A stretch of DNA of 62,246 nt from positions 1-62,246 of the forward strand of contig JAFDFT010000001.1 of the NCBI GenBank assembly GCA_019309685.1, written 5' to 3'. Position numbers and translations under genes: made by a program. Below the pieces are notes generated by a model, which was given only the letters and a program-made list of their open reading frames with translations, did no database searches and was not told where the DNA came from. Shown in pieces: positions 1-11,400 of this stretch (position 1 is the first letter of the stretch; every line of letters starts with the position of its first letter). Origin of the DNA: Deltaproteobacteria bacterium (GTDB lineage: Bacteria > Desulfobacterota > Desulfobacteria > Desulfobacterales > JAABPS01).

Positions 1-1
1 A

Positions 2-763
2 AGGGCGGTCCTGGGACGAAATCACTTCTTGTTAGAAAAAATGTCTCAAATCATGGAAGACGCGAAAATCCCGCATACTTATGTAGGTAAAGAATCAAAG
101 CTGACAAACAGTGAGGATTTCAGGCGCTTCCACGCGTTTTTAAAACTGATCGTTAATCCTTATGATAACTTTGCTTTTTTACTTATCCGGGACATACTTG
201 ATATATCTATTGAAGACCATGCAAAGATCCGTTTTGAAGCAGCTAAAGAGGGCAAGAGTCACTTTCAGGTATGGTCCGCCGGTGGGTGGCAGGACGATTA
301 TTTTAATCAATTTGTCGAATATGATTTCGCTGAAAAGGTAGGGAGCGCTGTTTCTGGTAAATTCGATGCTACTAAAATTGTTAAATTTATCAATGAATCA
401 CCAGCTCTTACAAATAATGATCATCCGGTAGAGTGTATTCGTAAATATTTGGATTGGCTGGCCGTGTATGATCTGCAGGACGAAATAAGAGAAGAAACCA
501 AAGGCTTACAGTTAATGACCATGCACGCATCAAAAGGCCTTGAATTTCCAACTGTTATAATCGCCGGAATGAACCAGGGGATCTTACCGTCAAAACGTGC
601 CACAGATATTGAAGAACTGGAAGCTGAAAGGCGCCTTTTCTTTGTGGCCATCACCAGGGCGGAAGATAAACTTATAATCACCACAAGACCGGAAACAAGC
701 GAGTTTCATGGCAAAGTAAGAGTTGAGCCTGTTTCGATGTTTGTGGGGGAGCTGATGCCATAA
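2..763 (+). CDS. UvrD/PcrA-type SF1 DNA helicase, C-terminal segment (the 5' part of the same gene is at 61257..62246)
   Basis: Frame is open from base 2 (RAVLGRNHFLLEK...). C-terminal helicase motifs LMTMHASKGLEFPTVII and RLFFVAITRAEDKLII. Track ORF 29..763 is the TTG-started tail of this frame. Confidence 0.85.
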   Translation, partial: RAVLGRNHFLLEKMSQIMEDAKIPHTYVGKESKLTNSEDFRRFHAFLKLIVNPYDNFAFLLIRDILDISIEDHAKIRFEAAKEGKSHFQVWSAGGWQDDYFNQFVEYDFAEKVGSAVSGKFDATKIVKFINESPALTNNDHPVECIRKYLDWLAVYDLQDEIREETKGLQLMTMHASKGLEFPTVIIAGMNQGILPSKRATDIEELEAERRLFFVAITRAEDKLIITTRPETSEFHGKVRVEPVSMFVGELMP

Positions 764-780
764 GGGTTTAAAGGAGGACC

Positions 781-1539
781 ATGAATAAAACAAACATAGA
801 ATATCTTGACTATACCTGGAATCCCCTGGTAATGCGCTGTTCTCCAATTTCTACCGGCTGTGCAAATTGTTGGCATTTGGTCGTGGCGGATCGGTTGGCT
901 GTGAATCCAACAATGTCAAGAAGACGGCAAAACGCATATAAAGGATCTATTCCGTATCTCGCCGAGAAAGAACTAACAGCGCCGGGAAAAAGAAAAAAGC
1001 CGTCCATTGTCGGCGTTCAGTTCATGGGCGATCTGTTCCACCTAACTATCTCTTATAAGCTATTTGAAAAGATTATGTTTGAGATCGGTGAGGCTTATTG
1101 GCACACATTTATTGTTCTTACAAAGCGGCCAAACCGAATGAGGTCATTTATTGAGAGATATTATGGAGCAAAAGGGTTGAGCGAGCCGCTTTCAAACTTA
1201 TGGCTCGGTGTATCCTGCTCAGTCCAGAAAGACGCAATGGATTACATTCCTATACTTGCCAACATTCAAGCTGCTAAAAAATTTGTAAGCTTTGAGCCCC
1301 TGCTTGACAGCATAACCTTTCCTTTCCGGCATGATCTTGATTGGGTTATAGCCGGTTGCGAAAGTGGAAGTGTGCGGCGAAAAACAGTCCTGAGTTGGTT
1401 TCGACACTTAAGAGATCAGTGTGTCGCTTTCGATATACCGTTTTTCTTAAAGCAAAGGGAAGTCAGCGGCAAGGTCGTTAAAATGCCGATATTAGATAGT
1501 AAAGTGTGGGATCAGTGGCCTATTACGAAAGGAATTTAA
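781..1539 (+). CDS. Gp37/Gp68 (DUF5131) family protein
   Basis: AAAGGAGG SD. Family hallmarks in order: TWNP, CSPISTGCANCWH (3-Cys), VQFMGDLFH, VLTKRP, WLGVS, SFEPLL, DWVIAGCESG. Confidence 0.75.
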   Translation: MNKTNIEYLDYTWNPLVMRCSPISTGCANCWHLVVADRLAVNPTMSRRRQNAYKGSIPYLAEKELTAPGKRKKPSIVGVQFMGDLFHLTISYKLFEKIMFEIGEAYWHTFIVLTKRPNRMRSFIERYYGAKGLSEPLSNLWLGVSCSVQKDAMDYIPILANIQAAKKFVSFEPLLDSITFPFRHDLDWVIAGCESGSVRRKTVLSWFRHLRDQCVAFDIPFFLKQREVSGKVVKMPILDSKVWDQWPITKGI

Positions 1540-1541
1540 TT

Positions 1542-1913
1542 ATGCCGAAACTCATAACAATCTGTATTCTTTGTATATTTTTTAGCAGCTGCGCAACTTT
1601 TAACCCTGATCCATGGACGAAAGACCAGATCATTATGCAAGGGGTTTTGTCGAGCTTGAATATTGTTGATTGGGGCCAAACCCTCGATATTGCCGATAGG
1701 CCCGATGAATACCGCGAGATCAATCCTATCCTTGGGGATCATCCAGACAGGGGCGACGTAAACATATATTTTGCAAGTACGATGATCTTGAAGGTTTTGG
1801 TAACACACCTGTTGCCTACTGAATATAGAGAATATTGGCTCGGTGGGAATATTGCGCTATCAGGCTATTTTGTGCATCATAACCACCGGATAGGGTTGAG
1901 GGTAAACTTCTAA
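1542..1913 (+). CDS. small lipoprotein
   Basis: MPKLITICILCIFFSSC: signal peptide with lipobox-like FSSC. ATG immediately follows the stop of the upstream gene. Confidence 0.6.
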   Translation: MPKLITICILCIFFSSCATFNPDPWTKDQIIMQGVLSSLNIVDWGQTLDIADRPDEYREINPILGDHPDRGDVNIYFASTMILKVLVTHLLPTEYREYWLGGNIALSGYFVHHNHRIGLRVNF

Positions 1914-1914
1914 C

Positions 1915-2004
1915 ATGCGCAACCTTTGGGATTTTATAATACTATTGGCTGTGGTGTTCGTGGCTATTCTTTTAGAAAAACTGTTTCTTTTGCTGGGGGT
2001 GTAA
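1915..2004 (+). CDS. 29-aa single-TM micro-protein (MRNLWDFIILLAVVFVAILLEKLFLLLGV)
   Basis: Hand translation. ATG lies 2 nt after the upstream stop and the core is hydrophobic. Below the ORF-track length cutoff. Confidence 0.3.
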   Translation: MRNLWDFIILLAVVFVAILLEKLFLLLGV

Positions 2005-2005
2005 A

Positions 2006-2131
2006 ATGGAAGTATTAAAGGTATATATTATAATGCAAGTCGGCCTTCACATAGCTTTTGTTATCGGTATTACTTGCTATGCAATGTGGATCTCCGTAAT
2101 GGCTCCAATGATCAGGGGGTTATTTCCATGA
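2006..2131 (+). CDS. 41-aa membrane micro-protein
   Basis: Hand translation MEVLKVYIIMQVGLHIAFVIGITCYAMWISVMAPMIRGLFP. Its TGA overlaps the ATG of the next gene (ATGA). Confidence 0.3.
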   Translation: MEVLKVYIIMQVGLHIAFVIGITCYAMWISVMAPMIRGLFP

Positions 2132-2472
2132 GCGTTGAATTAAAGTATCTGCAATCTTTAGAGTTTAGTATGGGTAATGGGCAATGCCCCGAGTGTAATG
2201 GAGCCTCAAAGTCTTGGCATGGCCACCCTTGTTACCCTGGGCCTGAAACTATTGGCCATGAAGCTGATTGCCCTTTAGCAGCGGCCATTCAAAGCTCCGG
2301 CGGGGCCGTAGTTTTTAAGGGACAATTAGAGGCGCTGCCCCTGGGCGACCGATATAAAAAAGGTTCAATGCTCTATGCAATGCGTCATAGTGCGGAGTAT
2401 AAAGCCTGGAAAAAACGAATGAATGACGAATTTGACGATTTGATAATTAAAATCATAACCGAAAAAGATTAA
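2128..2472 (+). CDS. hypothetical Cys/His-rich protein (114 aa)
   Basis: Internal ATG of track ORF 2074..2472, coupled to the upstream micro-ORF. Contains CPECNG...HGHPC...HEADC. Last gene of the plus arm. Confidence 0.5.
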   Translation: MSVELKYLQSLEFSMGNGQCPECNGASKSWHGHPCYPGPETIGHEADCPLAAAIQSSGGAVVFKGQLEALPLGDRYKKGSMLYAMRHSAEYKAWKKRMNDEFDDLIIKIITEKD

Positions 2473-2479
2473 TAAGCAG

Positions 2480-5400
2480 CTACTCCCATTGTTTTTGAAT
2501 TTCAAGAGCTTTCCAGCGCTGATTTTCAGGAATATTATTAAACCCTGGCTTCATTCTGGATTCAATCATACCTTCAATGTCAATGATCCTGTGAGGCCTA
2601 TTGACTTTTGCGGCCTTTTCGTTCCATTTCGCAATCTCTTGCATAATGGCCTGCGTTGCCTTGTAATCTTCCCGCCTTAGAGCGTTTACAAATCGATCTG
2701 CAAAGGACCGTCTTTTCTCTGAAATAGAAGTTTGCATCTTCTTTGTTGCTCTATAAGAGGCAAATCCCTTTGATACAGATGTGGGCTGCAGGCCAACAAA
2801 ACTCTTTTGGACAAACTCTTTAGTTGTGATCTTCCTGGGGCCGGCTTTCCCCACTGCGTTAATATCCCGGCCACTTCTGGTCCTGTGGCCTATTGTGTAT
2901 AGTTCAAGGCCCCTCATTGCGTTTCTAACAGATAACGGAGTGAACGGCGTTTCAGCCGCCGCCCGGTAATAGTTGCCTGACTTCAAGCTTTTATACATAT
3001 TTATTGAATCTTCATAGGCCGCGTACGGCACACCGATAATGTCATAAACGTTTTTGGGTACTTCAATTGATAGTGATCCGGAAAAATCCGCACCAACTAC
3101 ACCAGGAAGACCGTAAACGATTAAGTCTTTCATCCATTGATCCGGTACCATCTTTCTTGCCATTGTGAGCGCGTCCTCGTCGTCTTCTCCAATTGCCGCG
3201 AAAAGGATATCAGTAAACACCTTAAAAAACGGTAGAGACGTTAAACCGCCCATTAAGAATAGATTTCTAAGACTCCTGGCAAAAGCTTTCTTTCCGCCTC
3301 GCTGGTTAAAAAACAGATGTCTCATTGCTAAAAGATAGTTATGGCTGAAGGATCTGAACGTATAAGCCGCCCTGGCAATCTTCTGAGCATCCCCGCCTCG
3401 CATACCTGTGGGCATATTTGCCTTGCCATAGAGGAAGTGGCTATCATAAACAACCGTTTTTGCAAACGCTACTGCATCATCATGTGACATGCCCTTTTCT
3501 TTCACACCGACACGATAAGCAGCGAGCCCGGTTGACGCCCGGTTGAACTTCTCAGCCACTTGCATGAAGATACCTGACTTATCAATAACCTTTTTGAAAT
3601 GTTTACCTATCCCGACACCTGGCATGTTCCCTTTAAGTTCTCTTAAAAACAGATCCATGGTTGCGCCGGATTCTACCATTTCATGTAAAGCCTGCTGTTC
3701 GTTTTTAGTTATGTGTTTATAATCAACCTCTTTCCCGAACCATGCGTTTTTGGACGTTAAAGCCCTTCTGGTGTCTACCATGGCCTTGCTCAACTTTCTG
3801 TGGGCTCCTTTTGTGTGAAGTCCCAGCATGGGGGCTGCCATTACAACATTTTGTGTAAGGTTGACCATACCCGACTTAATCACAAAGCCAAGATATTTAA
3901 CAAAGAATATCCCTCGAAGGGTATCAACAGCGCGATCCGTTTTATCCTGGTTAGCCAGCATGTCCTTGACGTACTTAGATAAATGCTTGTACCCGGCTGG
4001 GTATTTTTTCGCGTCCACATTAACAAGGATCTCATGGTGCGCCTTTGTTCTTGTAATTTTTGTTTTAAATCCGGCATATCCGGAAAGATAATCAAACAGT
4101 ATCCCGAATATGTCTTCTTTTTCATGGCCAGGGATATTCTTTCTGTGAATTCCATGCTTACCCCAGCCCCTTGCTTTGAAAGTGTCTGCAACGGCTTTTG
4201 ATAGCGCATCTTCCATGTCTGCCGTTAAACGTCTGCGTGCAAGGTCAAGAGCCTCTTTGCGAGTTTTACCCTCTTTATTGTAAAGTCTATCAGCTTCATA
4301 CTGAACCCTGGACGTTGCAAGATCCTTGCCCGCCGATGAGACAACCTGTTGAATTCCCTCAATTGGTATCTGAAAGAAGACTTCATCCGGCAGTTCTTTC
4401 AGCGGTCCAGGATCGCTTATCCTATAGTCAGACACACTACCCTTAAGCTTCCCTTTTGCGACCGCATCTTTTAACCACTGTTCAGCTCTTGCCGACGCTT
4501 TTCTATTAATAGGCAATATCCTGTCTTTGGTTAAGCTGAAATGCTCCCTGAAAACAACAATTTCCTTTTCTTTATTAAATATCTGAATATAACCGCTGCC
4601 GGTCCGCCGGTGCGGAAAATAATTATTAGCTTTGTTAATGTTCGCCCTGTATTCTCTAATCTTTGACGAGTCAAGATCCTCGATTCTCATGGTCCTGTCA
4701 ATATCGACGAACTTTTCGTCAAGCTTTTTCCTGATAGTTATAAAACCCTGTATAACCGCTGGGTTAACCCGGCTTTTTTCAAGGAAAGCTTTAACTTCCC
4801 GATAGTGTTCAGGATCGATTTCAATGTCTTCGCCCTGCTCTGCAGGCTTGTTCCAATCGGTCGGGACCGCCTTCTTTGGCATCCGTCTATCATCCCATTT
4901 CCATATCAAGTCTTGTAGTTCTTTCTTTTGAGCTTTGGACCATTTCCCATATTCGTCCTGTAGTTCCCCCAGGTCCCCTTCATAATCGTTAAACAGCTCG
5001 GTTGATCGCGTCTCTGCTGCTTTTATTTCAACGCCAACCGCATCTTTCATAAACCAAAACTTTTTGCCTGCCCAATAAGGATTATTGAAAGTTCGATCAT
5101 ACCACTTCATATCCTTATCAACAAAACCCTTTCCGAAACGATCCTGGGCGTATTTAAACAAGCCTTTAGATTCCCGGTGTATTTTCTTGTGTGAAGGATC
5201 TTTGAGTTTCTTTAAACCTTTTTTTGCTTCCGGCATGTGCCTATTAAGCAGGTCTTTGATATCCTGGTCCAAGTCTTCTTCGTCGATCATACTGTCAAGA
5301 TCATCTGCCGCCCATGGGGAGCGACCGCCTTTCTCCATGCCGTAGGCTATGTTCTCTTTCATTTTTTCAGGCCCGGCCTGGTCAATCTTGCTTCGCGCTA

Positions 5401-8400
5401 AATCGATTGCCTGTTTTTTGATCGTGCCATTTGCAAGCTGTTGGCCGGTTGTGGCTTCTGTAACCGTCCACTCTTTATCATCCTCAGCTCTTGATATAAA
5501 AGCTTCTATCGGCTCGCCGGTCCAATCATCAGGCACAACGTCAACCTTTTTAGCATTGTCCGGGGCCGTCTCAAATTCTCCTCGAACATTTACATAGTAT
5601 TGTGATGGTTCAGGTCGGGGAGTCTCGACGGGCGTTTCCATTACGGGCGTTTCAGCTTCTTCAATATCGGTTTCTTTTAAGCCTATCGATTTCAACATAT
5701 TGTCTCTATCGACTTGCCGTTCTGTTGCGACTTCCTCCGTGACGTCCTCTCTTACCCTTGAAAGATCGTTTAATTGGTCTTCAATCTCTGACAACTGCTG
5801 TTCCTTGTCAGCTATTTCCTGGCCTTTACCGAACTTCTTATCTGCAAGCGTTTGATGTTCTGCAAGCTCTATTTCAAGCTCCTTAATATAATCCGTTTCC
5901 TTTTGTGGCTCTGCGAGTCTTTGTTCAATACTGTTATTAATAACAGTAGTTAATCCACCAGGTCCCCTTGTGGTTCTTCTAATAATAAGATCGCCCTCAT
6001 GCCTTAACTCAACCATTGTATCGTCAAGCACATCTTCATTAAGAGTGATAGGTGTACCAGGCTTTTTGAGAACCTCGTTAAGATTATACCACACCAGGGG
6101 CTCAAAGGTGACTTTAAGATCTAAGCCGTGGACCTTGGTATTAAAATAAACTTTATCCTGTCCGGCTTTCTGCCTTGCACGATAATCTGAATAGGAAATA
6201 CCCTTGAAGCTCTTTTCAATTTTACCCTTAATGTTATCCCATTCTTTCCGGAATTCCTTTATAAACTCTTTGCTGGTTAATTCCTCGCCTTTATATGTAT
6301 AGGTTTCAAGTTTTCCGGTCGGGAATATCGATTTAATCGTTTTTGCAACACCTTCTGCTCTAACAAGGTTTTCTTTTTGATTCGGGATATCGATCTCTTT
6401 AAGACTTTTTACACTGCGCCTGGCTGAAGATACCGCCCTTTCGTGGCTTGATTTAAGTATCCGTAAGTTTTTAAGATCAATTTCAAGATCATTCTTTGTA
6501 AACAAAAGAGGATTTCCGGAAAAAGCGGCTTGCATTTCTGCATAAGACACCTGTTCTTCGCCTAAAGGTTCGTCAAAGGTCCTGCCGTCTATATCTCCAT
6601 TAAGCATTTGATCGATAAACTTTTGCTTTTTCATCAATCGATCATACATAACAGAATCAAGAGTATTTTTAACACCATAGTTAAATATCTGCACTTCTGC
6701 GTTTTCGTTCTTTTCTCTTACTATCCTGCCGTTTCTTTGCTCAATATCCATTGGCCGCATGGGTGCGTCAAGATGGTGAGCTGCTATAAGCTTATTCTGG
6801 ATATTAACACCAATGCCAAGTTTGGCCGTCGAACCGATAATAAATCTTATCTTGCCGTCCCGGGCTCTTTGGAAAACAGCTTCCCTTTGAACATCGGTTT
6901 TAAGTTCTCCGATAATAGCAATCTCTTTGGCCTTCATTCCCTTTGCAATCAGCTTGTCTCGGATATCGTGATAGGCATTAAAGGTCTTGTCTGAATTTTG
7001 ATAGATATCAAGAAAGGCTATCTGTACGCTGTTATCTTCTGCCGTATCCTCATAGATCTGATAAATGTTTTCAATAGCGGTATTTAACTTGCTGCCAGGA
7101 TCATCTTTATAATGTTGTGGGTCGATCAGGCGTAAATCAACCGCAGCTTTCCGGGCCTGGCCAAAGAGGACAAGAGGAACGTGCCGCTGTCTCATTTTCT
7201 CCCTGCCTGTCAACTGCTCCCAATGTTCCCGGGTATCCCTTAATATTTCAATAAAGCCTGATAGGGCATTTGTACGCTCAACAACAACCATTTCAGGCTT
7301 GCCGGTTTTAATCTTTGGAAGAACAAGCCCAGCATCCTGGGTTAAAACAACATCAGACGCCGTATGGAACATGGTTAATAGTTCAGGACCGTTTACATAC
7401 TTATTGAATCTTTCGACCGATTTAAACGTCCCGGACTCGGTTTCTTCAAGCGCGACTGTGGTATCTCCAAAGTTTGCCGCGAAATCATCAAATAACGTTG
7501 CGTTATATTCTTCAAGCAGATCTGGTCGGATATATCTGATCATGGTCCAAAGCTCTGCGGTTGTGTTGGATATCGGCGTACCTGTGGCTAATATGATGTT
7601 CTTACCGCCGGTTTTCTGCCTGATATAATCGGCTTTTAAAAGTAAGGACGTACTGCGCTGTGCAGATCCCTGGTCAATCCCCTTAACCTGGCCCATTTTG
7701 GTAAAAAACTCTGAGCGTTTGTAATTATGCGCTTCGTCGATTAAAAGAGCATCAACGCCAAGCTGCTCAAATTTTAGGGCATCGTCAACGCGTCTGTTTA
7801 ATAGTTTTTCTAAATGCGCTTGTTTTCGTTTCTTAAGGGCCTTCATCTGCTTAACCGTTAAAGATCCCTTTCCCTCTGCCGCTTCGAATTCGTCAACGGT
7901 CGCTTCTATCTCGTCAAGTTGTTCCTGGACGAAAGCTGCCTCTCTTTCGGCATCGTCTGCAATACCGTCAAAGAATGAATGAGGCAATATAACAGCATCC
8001 CAATCGCCGGTAGCAATTTGAGAAAGTAACTTCTTACGGTTTTTACCCTTCCTCTGTCCGTCGCTGGGAATAAGGACTCGCGCTTGCGGGTAAAGCTTAT
8101 GAAATGATTTAGCATATTGCTTAATTGTGGCGTTTTGAACTACGATCAAGGGCTTTCTTGCGGTACCTATCCGTCGCATTTCCATGGCCAGGGTAACAAA
8201 AGAACCCGTTTTTCCGGTCCCTACACCATGGGAAAATAAGGTTGACTCCTGCAAACCTCTTGCAACTGCCTTCTTTTGTAACCAGCGCAGTTCCCTTTCG
8301 CGAGAAGCGTTCGGAAAATATTTAACGTCGGGTGGATCAAACGTTCTTAAAACATATCCGTTAAATTCCTCATTATATATTTTTGCTAAATCCGGTCCCC

Positions 8401-11400
8401 ACTTTTCGTGGCTTTTCGACCACTTTAAAAACTCCGCCTGAATTTCTTTCTGTTTCTCTGTGGCTGCGAGCGTGGCTTCTGCATTAAGGACTTTCGACAT
8501 TCCGCCTTCTGGATTCTGAACAGAATCATAAACCTTTGTTCTCTTTAGATTTAAAGCATCCTGAACGAGTACATGCCCTTTTACTCTCCCCGTTCCCCAG
8601 GTATTTACATTCTTTGCGTTATCGTGTCGGGATCTCGGCGAAACTTTCCATGCGGAAGTTTCTCTCGTTCGTGCCTGCTGAACTTCGGTATCAACCTCCA
8701 TGGTTGTTGATATGAATTGTTGGATAAGGTCGTTAGGTAGCCATGAGCTCCCCAGCTTGAAATAAATAAATTCTATGTCTAATTCTTCCGGCTGGACAGC
8801 TTTAAGCGCTTTAACGTTATGCTTATATTCTGGTTTTTCGCTCGCCTGCTGCTCAACAAGAATAAGCTTTTTCTTAACATTCCCGGAAAGATAGTTCTCG
8901 GGAGTCTCGATCATACCGTTTTCAGGGTTTAGATATCCAAGCTCCTGATCAATAACATCTTTATAAACAGCTTCTTTAGTCGATCCTGTAAGATCGGCAA
9001 TGAACTGAGTGTTTACTTTACCTTTATAAATTAAAGAAAGCGCTATCGCGTCTTTTACATTATCTGCTGTTTTAGGTTCTCTAAAAGGAAAAATGGTCCG
9101 CTTCGCGAATATGGCAGACTTTGTAAAAGAAACAATATTTACCTTGCGTTCCTGCCCCTTTTTGGCTCCGCTTTTAAATTTAGTGGTATGCTGCTTGACC
9201 GTTTCATCTTCCAGGGCATCAACCACAGGAAAGTCATTATCTATCTTTTGCAAGAAAGAGTTTGCAGGGGCGCCGACGTTTCCGTTCTTAGAAACGAAAG
9301 CATCGTAATCTTTGTTTAATTGTTTCCGTAATTTTGTGATTTCCGCGTCGGTTGCGTCCTCTTGCTGCATCCGGTCGATAATCTTTATAGTCGTGTCTTT
9401 TAATTTTAAATAATCCCTGGCCCTGCTTTCCCGGCCCTTATTATCGATTGCTTTAACCAGCTTACCTTTTGTGTTGTAAATTTTAGGCTCAACAAGGATA
9501 CCGTCCTCAACAACGCGAAACTTGCCGTCTTTTTCAAGCAGTATATTTTCTTTCGTGCCTATATCGGCATATTCCTTTTCGCCTTCTTCCACGATAGAGC
9601 CTTCACCGGCTATATCTTTTGGCAGGGTTTCTATGGCTTTTTTGATTTGCTCGGCAAGATCCCCTTTGTTTGGCAACAGGGTATACGTTTTTTCACCATA
9701 CATGGTCCCTTTTTTCGAGTGCTTCCCCATGACCATTTCAGGATGATCGACAAAATATTCATTTATAGGGACCGTATCTGATGCAGCACGACCGGACTTG
9801 ACTTCCTTTGTGATCCTGAAGTCTTTTCCCAATCCCTGCAATTCGTTGTCTTTTTTCCGAAAAATAAGAATATCGGTAACAACTTCGGTGCCAGCGTCCT
9901 TCTTAAACGCCGTTTCTGGAAGTCTTATTGCACCGATCAAGTCGGCTTTATTTGCAATATACTCTTTAACGTTACCATTTGTTGTTGAATCTAAGGTATA
10001 TCGTGAAGTAATCGCGATAACGAGGCCACCAGGTCGCACAGAATCAATCGAACGCGCAAAGAAGTAGTTGTGTATGCTCCAATCTGAGTAATCAGGATGC
10101 TTCTTGTCGTAGACCGGATATTTACCAAAAGGGAAGTTACTCACAACCAGGTCCGCGGAATTGTCGGGGATCCCCTTTGCATTTTCAAAGCCGGTTATTT
10201 GAATTCGAGCCTGCGGATATAGCTTTTCAAGTATTTTTCCTGTGATTGTATCTAATTCGACACCTACCAGGGCAGAATTATTGCGCATAGCTTCGGGCAT
10301 TAAACCAAAGAAGTGACCGACACCGGCAGCGGGCTCTAAAACAGTCCCGCCTTTAAAGCCGAAATGTTCGGCAATGTCCCAAATAGAATTGATAACCTTG
10401 CGTGATGTGTAATGAGCGTTTAGGGTGGACTCTGCGGCGCTGTCCCATTCTTCCTGAGTCAATAAGCCGTTAAGCCTGGGATGAAGGTGTCTTCCGTACT
10501 TGCTTTTCCATTCCTCGTATTTTTTAAGATCATCCCCATATCTACTGAAATAGTTTTCAGGCTTTTTGATATCGGAAGAATTCTTTAGGAAGTTGTCGTA
10601 TTTGCGGGTAAAAACCTTTTGAGCGAAAGCGCCCCAGCCAACATACTGAGCCAGGGCCTTCTTTTCTTCAACGGTAGGATTACGATTTTCGGATTCGAGC
10701 TGTTTAACAAGTCGAATTGCTTTTATATTGGTCTTGATTTTAGTTACGTCACCGCGCGGAAACATAAGGTCGCCCGCTTCGATAACGTGGTTTTGATCTT
10801 CTTTCTTTGTTAGGCTGTCATCGTCCCTAAGATTTGCAGTTCCAGCTCGTTCGCCAGGCTCCTGGGTGGATTCTGACCGCTTGCCGGGCCGTCCGACGGC
10901 GCCACTATCTTTGCGTACACCACTTCCTCGATCTGGTCTGGTTCCATCTTCCCCTGCAGGCGCAGTATCGATGTCAGTATCGACGACCTCTGCACTATCC
11001 GGAGCAATATCTGTTTGAGCTGGTCCCGGTCTTCCTGAAACAGCTTCCGGGTGTCCTGCGGGTGGTTTTCCAGTAGCCATTGCAGATGGCTTTCCCACTC
11101 CGGGTAGTTCTCCGGATTCTCTATCTCCAATTCCTCCGGGTTCAGGTTCTTCAATTCCTGTAGTGACAGTTCCGACGCCTTCAACACCTTCAACGATAGA
11201 TCCACCTGTGGCCTCCTTTCCCATTTCTTCTTTTATAAATTTCTCAATATACACCTTTCCCTTTAAGGAAAGAGTATCAATCATAATTTTAACAAATTCA
11301 GATCCACTTTTACCCGCTGCGATAGCTGCTTTCAAGGCTTTGTGTAAATGAGGCTTTATCTGTTCCCATTTATCCGGGTTGAATTCTGTAGAAAATTCAC

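Noticed and set aside
10810-11205. 131-aa same-strand, alternative-frame ORF inside the giant gene that looks protein-like (LQELKNLNPEELEIENPENYPEWESHLQWLLENHPQD...) and has strong GC at third positions.
   Set aside because: It lies exactly over the G/E/D/P/A-rich linker of the main frame. The third positions of the shifted frame are the G-rich first positions of the main frame. The scarcity of xTx codons in the linker removes stops in that frame. There is no SD or plausible start context. It is best explained as a by-product of low-complexity coding, although a proper overlapping-gene test could revisit it.
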